Shown here: positions 25,963 through 34,191 of the stretch, piece after piece
Layout of the letters: each line of letters starts with the position of its first letter
Numbering within the stretch: position 1 is the stretch's first letter
Assembly (NCBI GenBank): GCA_964532485.1
Contig: CAZHKE010000005.1
Span: 9,359 to 73,358, forward strand
Reading direction: 5' to 3'
Length of the DNA stretch: 64,000 bases
From: an uncultured Bifidobacteriaceae bacterium
GTDB lineage: Bacteria > Actinomycetota > Acidimicrobiia > IMCC26256 > PALSA-555
Notes under the pieces: generated by a model
Databases searched by the model: none
Told to the model about the DNA's origin: nothing
What the model saw: only the letters and a program-made list of their open reading frames with translations
Position numbers and translations under genes: made by a program

Positions 25963-28158
25963 GTGCTCCGAGGCCTCGCCCGCGCGTGCCATCGCCACCG
26001 GCGCCTGGTGCTGGCGGGCTGGCTGGTGGCGGTCGTCGGGCTCTCGGTGATCGCGAGCAACGTCGGCGACGCCTTCCGCGAGGGCTTCCAGCAGCAGGAG
26101 CAGCTCGAGTCGACCCGCGCGTTCCAGCTGCTCGAGGACGTGTTCCCCGAGCGCGCCGGTGATCCCGGCCAGCTGGTCGTCGCCGCGCCGCAGGGCGTCG
26201 ACGACGTGGCCGTCCGCGAGCGCGTCGAGGCGCTGCTGCGAGAGATCGAGACGGTCGACCACGTCACCGGGACGACGAGTCCCTATCAACCGGAGGGCGC
26301 GCGACAGATCGCGCCGGACGGGAAGGTCGCGTACGCCGAGATCCAGCTGGACAAGCGAGCAGGTGAGATCCCCCAGGCGACCGCGGACGAGATCACCGAC
26401 ATCGTCGATCCCGGGCGCCGCGCCGACGGGGTGCAGCTCGAGCTCGGTGGCCGGATGTTCCTCATCGGGGAGTTCGGTGGCACCTCCGAGCTGATCGGCC
26501 TCGCGGCCGCGGTCCTCATCCTGCTGATCGCGTTCGGGTCGGTGCTCGCGATGGGTCTGCCGATCATCACCGCGATCTTCGGCATCGGCACCGGGTTCGC
26601 GATCGTTGCCCTCGCGTCGCATGTGGTGACGATCCCCGACTTCACGACGCAGCTCGCGGCGATGCTCGGGCTCGGCGTCGGCATCGACTACGCGCTCTTC
26701 ATCGTCACTCGATACCGGCAAGGTCTGCACGACGGCCTCGACCCCGAGCGCGCGACCGTGCTCGCGATCGATACAGCGGGACGCGCGGTGCTCTTCGCCG
26801 GCGCGACCGTGGTGATCTCGCTGTGTGGGCTGTTCCTGATCGGTGTCAGCTTCATCACCGGCATGGGGCTCGGCGCGGCGGTGACCGTGCTCGTGATCAT
26901 GGTCGCGTCGGTGACGCTGGTTCCCGCCATGTTGGGCTTCGTCGGACGCAACATCGACCGGCTGCGCCTCCCCGGTCTGCATCGGCGCGAGAACGCGACC
27001 CGCACGAGCGTCTGGTTCAAGTGGAGCCGCGTCGTCCAGGCGCGTCCGCTGGTCGCCGGGATCGTCGGCCTGGCCCTGTTGCTCGTGCTCGCGTTGCCGT
27101 TCCTCGGCCTCCGCCTCGGGTTCTCGGACGCGGGCAACCAGCCGACCACCGACACGACTCGCCGCGCGTACGACCTGCTCTCCGACGGGTTCGGCTCGGG
27201 ATTCAACGGGCCGTTGCTCCTCGCTGCGAGCACGCCCGATGGCGTCGAGTCGCTCGACTCGCTCGTCGCTGCGCTCCCCGACGTACCGGGCGTCGCGGGC
27301 GTCAGCCCCCCGCTCGCGAACCCCGCGGGTGACGCGGCAGTCATCCAGGTGCTCCCGGCGTCATCGCCGCAGAGCGAGCGCACCGAGGTGCTCATCGAGC
27401 GGCTGCGAGGCGACGTGATCCCCGACGCGACGCAGGGCACCGACGCGACCGTCCTGGTCGGTGGGTTCACCGCCTCGGCCGTCGACGTGTCGGACTATCT
27501 CGCCCAGCGCCTACCGGTCTTCGTCGGCGGCGTCCTGCTGTTCAGCTTCTTGCTCCTGCTCGTCGTGTTCCGGTCGGTGCTGGTGCCGATCAAGGCAGTC
27601 GTGATGAACCTGCTCTCGATCGCCGCCGCGTACGGCGTCGTCGTCGCCGTCTTCCAGTGGGGATGGTTCGCCGGGCTGCTCGGCGTCGAGAGCACCGGAC
27701 CGATCGAGCCGTTCATCCCGATGATGCTGTTCGCGATCGTGTTCGGACTCTCGATGGACTACGAGGTCTTCCTCCTGTCGCGCATTCGTGAGGAGTACGA
27801 CCGAACGGGCGACAACGCGCTCGCCGTCGCGGACGGGCTCGCGGCGACGGCTCGGGTGATCACCGCGGCGGCGGCGATCATGGTGACGGTGTTCGCGAGC
27901 TTCGTGCTCGGCGATTTCCGGGTCATCAAGGTCATGGGGATCGGCCTCGCGTCGGCGATCTTCATCGACGCCACGCTCGTGCGGATCGTGCTCGTGCCCG
28001 CGACCATGGAGCTGCTCGGCAAGGCGAACTGGTGGTTCCCGCGCTGGCTCGAGTGGCTGCCACGACTGCACGTCGAGGCCAAGCCCGACCTCGAGGCCGA
28101 GCTGCTCGAGCTCGTCGAGCACGAGCCGGAGCCGGAAGCGGTTGCTCCGTCTCGCTGA
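25963..28158 (+). CDS. MMPL family RND-type transporter
   Basis: Two blocks of about 6 TM helices each, separated by soluble domains, with MMPL-typical segments (GIDYALFIVTRYRQ, GLSMDYEVFLLSRIREEY). Start taken at GTG 25963; the track start at 25918 is also possible. Confidence 0.9.
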   Translation: MLRGLARACHRHRRLVLAGWLVAVVGLSVIASNVGDAFREGFQQQEQLESTRAFQLLEDVFPERAGDPGQLVVAAPQGVDDVAVRERVEALLREIETVDHVTGTTSPYQPEGARQIAPDGKVAYAEIQLDKRAGEIPQATADEITDIVDPGRRADGVQLELGGRMFLIGEFGGTSELIGLAAAVLILLIAFGSVLAMGLPIITAIFGIGTGFAIVALASHVVTIPDFTTQLAAMLGLGVGIDYALFIVTRYRQGLHDGLDPERATVLAIDTAGRAVLFAGATVVISLCGLFLIGVSFITGMGLGAAVTVLVIMVASVTLVPAMLGFVGRNIDRLRLPGLHRRENATRTSVWFKWSRVVQARPLVAGIVGLALLLVLALPFLGLRLGFSDAGNQPTTDTTRRAYDLLSDGFGSGFNGPLLLAASTPDGVESLDSLVAALPDVPGVAGVSPPLANPAGDAAVIQVLPASSPQSERTEVLIERLRGDVIPDATQGTDATVLVGGFTASAVDVSDYLAQRLPVFVGGVLLFSFLLLLVVFRSVLVPIKAVVMNLLSIAAAYGVVVAVFQWGWFAGLLGVESTGPIEPFIPMMLFAIVFGLSMDYEVFLLSRIREEYDRTGDNALAVADGLAATARVITAAAAIMVTVFASFVLGDFRVIKVMGIGLASAIFIDATLVRIVLVPATMELLGKANWWFPRWLEWLPRLHVEAKPDLEAELLELVEHEPEPEAVAPSR

Positions 28159-28209
28159 GTGCCGGGCAATCGTGCTCGAGCGGCGTGGGTGTCGAGGTCG
28201 GCCGGCGCG

Positions 28210-29022
28210 TCACGCGTCGTGTGGTTCGAGGGGCTGCCACCGAGGCTCGCGCTTCTCGGCGAACGCAAGCGGGCCCTCGGCCTGATCGGGGTGTCCCCAC
28301 ATCGACACGAGCTCGGCGGCGCCGACTCGGCACGCGTCGGTGAGCCCGTGCTCGAGTGCGCCCCAGAGCGCGCGCTTGGTCGCGGCCATCGCGGTAGGGG
28401 AGTTGCGCGCGATCTTCTCGGCCAGCTCCTGCGCCGCGTCGCGCAGCAGCTCGGGAGGATCGACGATCTGCGAGATCATGCCGAGCTCGTGGGCACGTTC
28501 GGCCGACATCCGCTCGTACCGGCCGACGAGCGCCATGCGCATCACCGCTTCGACCGGCACCTTGCGGATCAATCCGACGGCCTCGATCGCGACGACCTGC
28601 CCGATCGACACGTGCGGGTCGAAGAACTGCGCGTCGGACGCCGCGATCACGATGTCGGCGTCGGCGATCCAATGGAAGCCGCCGCCGCAGCAGATGCCGT
28701 TGACCGCGGTGATGACCGGCTTCCACACGTGCTGGTGCCACGCGGTGAAGTGGAGATCCCAGTCCTCGACCGACTGGCGGTAGCGCTCCATCCCGACTCC
28801 GTCGGAGGCGATCTCCGACACGTCGACTCCCGTCTGGAACGCCCGACCCTCGCCCGTGTGGACGATCACGCGGACCGCGGGATCGCGGTCGAGCTCGAGC
28901 CAGGCGTCGGCGAACTCGTCACGCATCAGCGCGTTCATCGCGTTGAGCGCGTCCGGGCGGTTGTTGATGAGCCAGCCGACGGGCCCGTGGCGCTCGACGA
29001 TGAGGTGCTCGTAGTCAGCCAT
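28210..29022 (-). CDS. enoyl-CoA hydratase/isomerase family protein (tandem paralog A)
   Basis: VGWLINNRPDALNAM, VIVHTGEGRAFQTGVD, KPVITAVNGICCGGG. Confidence 0.9.
   Translation of the reverse strand: MADYEHLIVERHGPVGWLINNRPDALNAMNALMRDEFADAWLELDRDPAVRVIVHTGEGRAFQTGVDVSEIASDGVGMERYRQSVEDWDLHFTAWHQHVWKPVITAVNGICCGGGFHWIADADIVIAASDAQFFDPHVSIGQVVAIEAVGLIRKVPVEAVMRMALVGRYERMSAERAHELGMISQIVDPPELLRDAAQELAEKIARNSPTAMAATKRALWGALEHGLTDACRVGAAELVSMWGHPDQAEGPLAFAEKREPRWQPLEPHDA
28289..28435. repeat. 147-bp near-identical tract shared with 29097..29243
   Basis: Aligned by eye at a constant offset of 808 bp: 4 mismatches in 147 nt. The flanking paralogous sequence is far more diverged. Confidence 0.85.
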
Positions 29023-29827
29023 CCCGCTCCTCCCCGCTCGCTGCCCACCGCGCGTCGCGGTTCTCGGCGAACGCGAGCGGTCCTTCCTCCTGGTCAGGGT
29101 GTCCCCACATCGACACGAGCTCGGCGGCGCCGACTCGGCACGCGTCGGTGAGCCCGTGCTCGAGCGCGCCCCAGAGCGCGCGCTTGGTCGCGGCCATCGC
29201 CGCAGGGGAGTTGCGCGCGATCTTCTCGGCGAGCTCCTGCGCCTCGTCGGCGAGCGCGGCCGGCGGGTCGACGACCTGTGAGACGACGCCGAGCTCGCAG
29301 GCGCGTGCCGCGGTCACTCGTTCTGCCCGCCCGACCAACGCCATCCGCACCACCGGCTCCATGGGTGACTTCCGGACGAGAGCGATGCCCTCGTAGGCCA
29401 CCACCTGCCCGAGTGAGACGTGCGGGTCGAGGAACGTTGCGGTCGACGCCGCGATGACGATGTCGGCGTCGGCGACGAAGTGCAGCCCGCCGCCCGCACA
29501 CGTCCCGTTGACCGCCGCGATCACCGGTTTGCGCACGTCGCACTGCCAGGCGGTGAACCGCAGCTCCGCGTCCCGTGTTCGGCGTGAGTGCTCGCGGAGC
29601 GCGGCCGGGTCGCGGGCGACTTGCGCGACGTCGACACCGGTCTGGAAGGCCTTCCCGCTTCCCGAGTTCACGATGACGCGGACGTCGGCGTCGGCATCCA
29701 GCTCCGCCCAGGCGCGCTCGAGCTCGTCGAACATGAGGGCGTCCATCGCGTTCGCGGCCTCGGGGCGGTCGAACACGAGCCAGCCCACGGGACCACGCCG
29801 CTCGACTCGAAGGCGCGAGTAGGTCAT
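29015..29827 (-). CDS. enoyl-CoA hydratase/isomerase family protein (tandem paralog B)
   Basis: VGWLVFDRPEAANAM, VIVNSGSGKAFQTGVD, KPVIAAVNGTCAGGG. Overlaps paralog A by 8 nt. Confidence 0.9.
   Translation of the reverse strand: MTYSRLRVERRGPVGWLVFDRPEAANAMDALMFDELERAWAELDADADVRVIVNSGSGKAFQTGVDVAQVARDPAALREHSRRTRDAELRFTAWQCDVRKPVIAAVNGTCAGGGLHFVADADIVIAASTATFLDPHVSLGQVVAYEGIALVRKSPMEPVVRMALVGRAERVTAARACELGVVSQVVDPPAALADEAQELAEKIARNSPAAMAATKRALWGALEHGLTDACRVGAAELVSMWGHPDQEEGPLAFAENRDARWAASGEERDG
29097..29243. repeat. 147-bp near-identical tract shared with 28289..28435
   Basis: Partner of the 28289..28435 tract. It encodes the C-terminal ELAEKIARNSP.AMAATKRALWGALEHGLTDACRVGAAELVSMWGHPDQ segment of both crotonases. 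Confidence 0.85.
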
Positions 29828-29846
29828 GGCGCCACCGGGGGCGTCG

Positions 29847-31109
29847 TCACGAGCGCGGCACCTCGATCCAGGGCCGGCCCTGCCAGGGGTCAGGCTCGCG
29901 CGGCAGCCCGAGCACCCGCTCGCCGAGGATGTTCTTGTTGACCTCGCTCGTTCCGCCTTCGATCGTGTTCGCGCGGCTACGGAGCATCCCGTGCACCTCG
30001 TGCGGCAACGACTCGCCGTACTCCGTCCCCGGCTCCGCCTCCGTCGCCAACGAGTCCGCCCCGAGCACGTCGGTCGCGAGAACCTGGAGCCGCTGGTTGA
30101 GGCTGCCCATGTGGACCTTGCCGACGCTGCTCGCGGCCCCGGGTGGTCGACCTGCCGAGAGCCCGGCGCGCACGCGCTGGTTCGTGATGTCGCGGATCCG
30201 CTCCTCGGCGTACAGCTGTGCGGCCCGTTGGCGCGTCAGCGGGTCGCCGGAGCGGTCACGAGTGACGATGAGATCGATCGCATGCTCGATGCCCGAGCCG
30301 CCGATGCGATCGACGCCGCCGGATCCCGAGCCTGCGACCATCTGCCGCTCGGACGCCAACGTCGCGCCCGCGACGCGCCACCCGTCCCCGACGTCGCCCA
30401 CACGCTGGGCGTCGGGGACGCGCGCGTCGTCGAGGAACACCTCGTTGAAGTCGATCTCGCCCGTCAGGTGGCGGAGCGGTCGCACGTCGACGCCGGGCTG
30501 GCGCAGGTCGATCAGGAAGTAGGTGATGCCCTTCCGCTTCGGGAGGTCGGGGTCGGTGCGCGCCAGCAGCACGGCCCAGTCCGAGATGTGGGCCCAAGTC
30601 GTCCACACCTTCTGACCCGACACGATCCAGTCGTCACCGTCGCGCGTGGCGCGTGTGGCGAGCGACGCGAGGTCACTGCCCGCACCGGGCTCGCTGAAGA
30701 GCTGGCACCAGCGCTCCTCGTTGCGCACGATCGGTGGGAGGTAGCGCAGTCGCTGCTCCTCGGTGCCGTGCGCGAACAACGCTGGCGCGCACAGGTTCAG
30801 CCCGAGCGGGTTGAGGCGCCCGAGGCGATACGGTGCGAGCTCGGCTTCGATCGTCAGCGCGACGTCGTTCCCCACGTCGAGGCCCCCGTACACGACGGGC
30901 CATGTGGGTACGACCAGGCCCGATGCGCCGAAGACCGGGTACCAGGCTTCGTACTCCTCGCGGGTGCGTGCGTCACGGACCGCGGCCGGCCCGTCGGCAG
31001 CCGCGGCGAGCCACGCCTCGGGGACGTTGACGGCGATCCAGTCGCGGACGATCGCCGCGGCTTCGGCCGCGGTCGTCGAAGCGTCGACAGCGACCCGTTC
31101 GCGGGCCAC
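29847..31109 (-). CDS. acyl-CoA dehydrogenase
   Basis: WCQLFSEPGAGSDLASL, GQKVWTTWAH, and C-terminal TIEGGTSEVNKNILGERVLGLP. GTG start at 31109, 1 nt after the stop of the upstream gene. Confidence 0.9.
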   Translation of the reverse strand: MARERVAVDASTTAAEAAAIVRDWIAVNVPEAWLAAAADGPAAVRDARTREEYEAWYPVFGASGLVVPTWPVVYGGLDVGNDVALTIEAELAPYRLGRLNPLGLNLCAPALFAHGTEEQRLRYLPPIVRNEERWCQLFSEPGAGSDLASLATRATRDGDDWIVSGQKVWTTWAHISDWAVLLARTDPDLPKRKGITYFLIDLRQPGVDVRPLRHLTGEIDFNEVFLDDARVPDAQRVGDVGDGWRVAGATLASERQMVAGSGSGGVDRIGGSGIEHAIDLIVTRDRSGDPLTRQRAAQLYAEERIRDITNQRVRAGLSAGRPPGAASSVGKVHMGSLNQRLQVLATDVLGADSLATEAEPGTEYGESLPHEVHGMLRSRANTIEGGTSEVNKNILGERVLGLPREPDPWQGRPWIEVPRS

Positions 31110-31110
31110 G

Positions 31111-31920
31111 TCAGCGACCTTCGAAGTTCGTGGGTCGCTTCTCACGGAGCGCGGCGATGCCCTCGCGGAAGTCCTCGCTACGCGACGACAGCTCCATCGC
31201 GAGCGCCTCGTTGGCGAGGTGACGCTCGAGGTCGAGGCCTGCACCCTGGTGGACGAGCCACTTCGTGAGGCCGAGCGACACGGTCGGCCCCCCAGCGAGC
31301 TCGGCTGCGACGTCCCGAGCGACGTTGTCGACCTCTCCCGGTGGGGCCGAGCGAAAGATGACGCCCCAGGCCGCGGCCTCTTCTCCTGACAGCTCGCGGC
31401 CGAGGATCAGCAGCTCCTTCGCTCGGGCCACGCCGACGAGGCGCGGCAGCAACCACGTGCCACCGCTGTCGGGCGTGAACCCGCGCGCCGCGAACGGCTC
31501 CCAGAGCCGCGCATCGTGCGCGGCCACACAGAAGTCGGAGGCCAGGGCGAGGTGCAGCCCCAGCCCGGCGGCCCAGCCGCGCACCGCGCACACGATCGGC
31601 ACCTGTGTCGAGAGCATGAGGGGCACGAGGCGATGCGACTGCGCGGGGAGCCGCCGCTGGATGCTCCCGACGCGCGGCCTGGTGTCGTCCGTCGCGTTGC
31701 GGCCGACGATGTCGAAGCCACTGCAGAAGTCGTCGCCGACGCTCGTGAGCAGGATCGCCCGCACGCTCTCGTCGCTGTTCGCCCGCTCGAACGCCGCGAT
31801 CAACGTGGCGACGCCGACGTCGTCGATGGCGTTGCGCTTCTTCGGACGGTCGAGGACCAGGTGCAACACTCCCTCGCCGACCCGCGAGTGAACGGTGTCG
31901 TCGGACAGGTAGTCGCTCAT
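31111..31920 (-). CDS. enoyl-CoA hydratase/isomerase family protein
   Basis: Internal ATG at 31920. Motifs: VLHLVLDRPKKRNAI, LLTSVGDDFCSGFD, VPIVCAVRGWAAGLG. Confidence 0.9.
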   Translation of the reverse strand: MSDYLSDDTVHSRVGEGVLHLVLDRPKKRNAIDDVGVATLIAAFERANSDESVRAILLTSVGDDFCSGFDIVGRNATDDTRPRVGSIQRRLPAQSHRLVPLMLSTQVPIVCAVRGWAAGLGLHLALASDFCVAAHDARLWEPFAARGFTPDSGGTWLLPRLVGVARAKELLILGRELSGEEAAAWGVIFRSAPPGEVDNVARDVAAELAGGPTVSLGLTKWLVHQGAGLDLERHLANEALAMELSSRSEDFREGIAALREKRPTNFEGR

Positions 31921-31954
31921 GCGAGGCTCACGCTCGTCGGGCACGCTCGAGGAC

Positions 31955-33205
31955 TCATGCCCGTTCGAATCGGGCCGCGACGGCCTCGAGCGCGTCCTGC
32001 AGGTCACGCGCTCCGCCGGGGGGATCGGGCAGTCGCACGGGGCCGTGTTCGCGGCTCGGCAGCAGGACCGTCGCGTGGCCGGGCGTCGTGGTCTCGCCGC
32101 GCTGGTTCTCGCCCCAGATGTCGAGCTCGACGGCCGGTCGATCACCGTCCGCGAGGTACTTCCGGGTCACGTGGCCGCGCATCCAGTGCGTGTCACCCAC
32201 CCAGTTGAACTTCCGGAACTCGCAGTCGAGCCGCCAGAGCCACGCATCGTCGCCCATCCAGTCGCTGCACAGATGGATGAGCCAGGTCTCGCGCATGCGC
32301 CCGTAGTCGAACGTCGTGGGGTTGCCAGCTCTGCGCGCGTACGCAGGGTCCCAGTGCACGCGCTGCATCACGTCGGGGACTCCGAGCTCGTCGCGGTGGT
32401 AGAAGCGCGGGATCCGCTGCCGGTTCCGCCATCCGAGCCGCAGCGGCGAAACGCCGTACAGCCCCATTCCCATGCCGACATGCCAGCAGATCATGTCGGT
32501 GACGGTGAGCGGTCCCTTCACGAGCGGGCCCAGCGCGTCACCTTCGTCGACGTCCTCCCACCAGCGCGGCTGCGCGCCGCGCGGAGCCTCTCGGGCGTAT
32601 TGCTCGTCGATCGCCTCGAGCTGCTCGTCGGTGTACGGCTCCTGTACGAGCGCGTCCTCCTTCTTGCGCTCGCGCGCCTTCGTCCGCTCGGTTCGCACCA
32701 TGTTGCGGTACTGCCCCGCGAGCAGCGTGCCGTCGTCGGCGCGGAACACCTGCGCGGTCCACTCGTGCACGGCGCGCTCGGCGAACTCCGACGGCTTGTC
32801 GAGCACGCCCACCAGCGCGTTCCGCCGCCACGTGCGGGAGTCGGGCCGAAGAGGTGCCCACCACTCCCGAGCGCTCGCGGCGTAGAACGCGTGGACGCCT
32901 CGCAACGGATCACCCTTCATCAGGTCGCGGTGCTCCGGTGCCACCTCCGGCACCTCGTCGTCACCGATCAGCGTGTCGCCGCCCACCATCGGCGGTGGCG
33001 CGATCGGTCCCGCCCAGCGGGTGCCCGCGGCGTACGCGGGGTCGCAGTAGAGGGGATTGTCGTCGCCGTAGGAGACCGCGACGTGGCGGAAGGAGTCGAC
33101 ATCGGGGCAGCGGTAGTGCGGCGGGCACGGGTGAGGCTCGGGGACGCCGATCCGGGCGCGCAGGCGCTCGACGCCCTCGTCGGTGATCGAGCCGGCTGGG
33201 CTCAC
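31955..33205 (-). CDS. double hot-dog (MaoC-N plus MaoC-like) acyl dehydratase/hydratase
   Basis: N-terminal FRHVAVSYGDDNPLYCDPAYAAGTRWAGPIAPPPM resembles the MaoC_dehydrat_N / FAS1-like domain. The second half has a hot-dog-like pattern. 416 aa. Confidence 0.7.
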   Translation of the reverse strand: MSPAGSITDEGVERLRARIGVPEPHPCPPHYRCPDVDSFRHVAVSYGDDNPLYCDPAYAAGTRWAGPIAPPPMVGGDTLIGDDEVPEVAPEHRDLMKGDPLRGVHAFYAASAREWWAPLRPDSRTWRRNALVGVLDKPSEFAERAVHEWTAQVFRADDGTLLAGQYRNMVRTERTKARERKKEDALVQEPYTDEQLEAIDEQYAREAPRGAQPRWWEDVDEGDALGPLVKGPLTVTDMICWHVGMGMGLYGVSPLRLGWRNRQRIPRFYHRDELGVPDVMQRVHWDPAYARRAGNPTTFDYGRMRETWLIHLCSDWMGDDAWLWRLDCEFRKFNWVGDTHWMRGHVTRKYLADGDRPAVELDIWGENQRGETTTPGHATVLLPSREHGPVRLPDPPGGARDLQDALEAVAARFERA

Positions 33206-33232
33206 GGGCCGGACGGTACCCGAGCCGCTCTC

Positions 33233-33248
33233 CTGAACGCAGGTTCAG
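33233..33248. promoter_or_regulatory. perfect 16-bp palindrome CTGAAC-N4-GTTCAG, candidate operator
   Basis: ctgaacgcaggttcag read directly. It sits 28 bp upstream of the start of the hot-dog/crotonase/ACAD gene string (start 33205, minus strand). Confidence 0.45.
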
Positions 33249-33293
33249 TGGGCCGAACCCCGATTCTGGCCGCGCCGCGCCGCCCCTGCCTCT

Positions 33294-34181
33294 TCAGACG
33301 CCGCGGTCGACGTCTCCCGGGAGCATGAACGGGTACGGGCGACGGCGGACGTGCCGCTGCCATGCACGGTCGACGCGGCGGGCACGCTGGAGCAGCGACC
33401 ACAGTCGCGCATCACGCCGGTAGTGCCGTTCCACCTCGTCGACCGTCAGGTCCGTGCCGAGGTGGTCGTTCGCGATCGCGACGGCCGTGGGCACGAGGTC
33501 GGCAAGGCCTTCCTTGTGAAGGTTGCCGGTGAGGTCGAGCGCCGCGCGCCGGGGCGAGTAGTAGGGGTCCAGGATCCCGTCGAGGAGGAAGCGCCGCACG
33601 ATCGGCCGGAACGCGGCGGGCAGCGACGCCATGAACAGCTCGGTGTCGAGCCGATCCTTGCCGTCGTCTCCACGCAGGAGTGGGGTCGTGACGTCGAGGT
33701 ACACGAGCTGGTCGCCGGCCAAGGCCCAGTTCGAGAGCTGCGCGTCGATGCCGAGCGTGGGCCGGACCGTGGTCGCGATGTGATCGACGATCTCGGCCAG
33801 CAGAGCCCGGCGCCGCGCGTCGTCGACCGCCGCGAGCAGCGTCGGCGCGAGCGCGTCGGGACTCAGCACGGGCTGCACGCAGTACGCGACGATCGGCCCG
33901 TCGCGCTGGGACACCGCCTCGAGATGGCTCTCGTGCACGACCACGCCGGTGCCGCGCAGCGCCGCGACGTAGTCGTCGAAGAGCGTGCGGTACGCCGTGA
34001 AGCGCTTGGCGTCGTCGAACCGAGGCAGCCGCTTGCAGGCGCACGGGCCGTCGGCGTTCGGCCATGCGACCACCGAGCTGATCTCGCCGTAGCCCAGGAT
34101 GTGCAGGCCCGAGTCGTCGCCCGTTGCCAGGGCGCGGCCGACGGCCGCCTCGAGCTCGGTGAGGTCCGGGATCGTGATCAT
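33294..34181 (-). CDS. hypothetical protein with protein-kinase-like fold motifs
   Basis: Gly-rich loop-like LGYGEISSVV, Lys in CACKRLP, catalytic-loop-like GIDAQLSNWAL and metal-site-like LVYLDVTTP. The start is 10 nt after the stop of the class III PLP enzyme gene. Fold assignment is inference. Confidence 0.55.
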   Translation of the reverse strand: MITIPDLTELEAAVGRALATGDDSGLHILGYGEISSVVAWPNADGPCACKRLPRFDDAKRFTAYRTLFDDYVAALRGTGVVVHESHLEAVSQRDGPIVAYCVQPVLSPDALAPTLLAAVDDARRRALLAEIVDHIATTVRPTLGIDAQLSNWALAGDQLVYLDVTTPLLRGDDGKDRLDTELFMASLPAAFRPIVRRFLLDGILDPYYSPRRAALDLTGNLHKEGLADLVPTAVAIANDHLGTDLTVDEVERHYRRDARLWSLLQRARRVDRAWQRHVRRRPYPFMLPGDVDRGV

Positions 34182-34191
34182 GGCGTCGCGC

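Noticed and set aside
33233-33248. CTGAAC-N4-GTTCAG as a second LexA box
   Set aside because: The core GAAC-N4-GTTC matches, but the flanking TCG/CGA positions of the actinobacterial consensus are TG/CA, and the downstream genes are acyl-CoA metabolism. It is kept only as a generic candidate operator.
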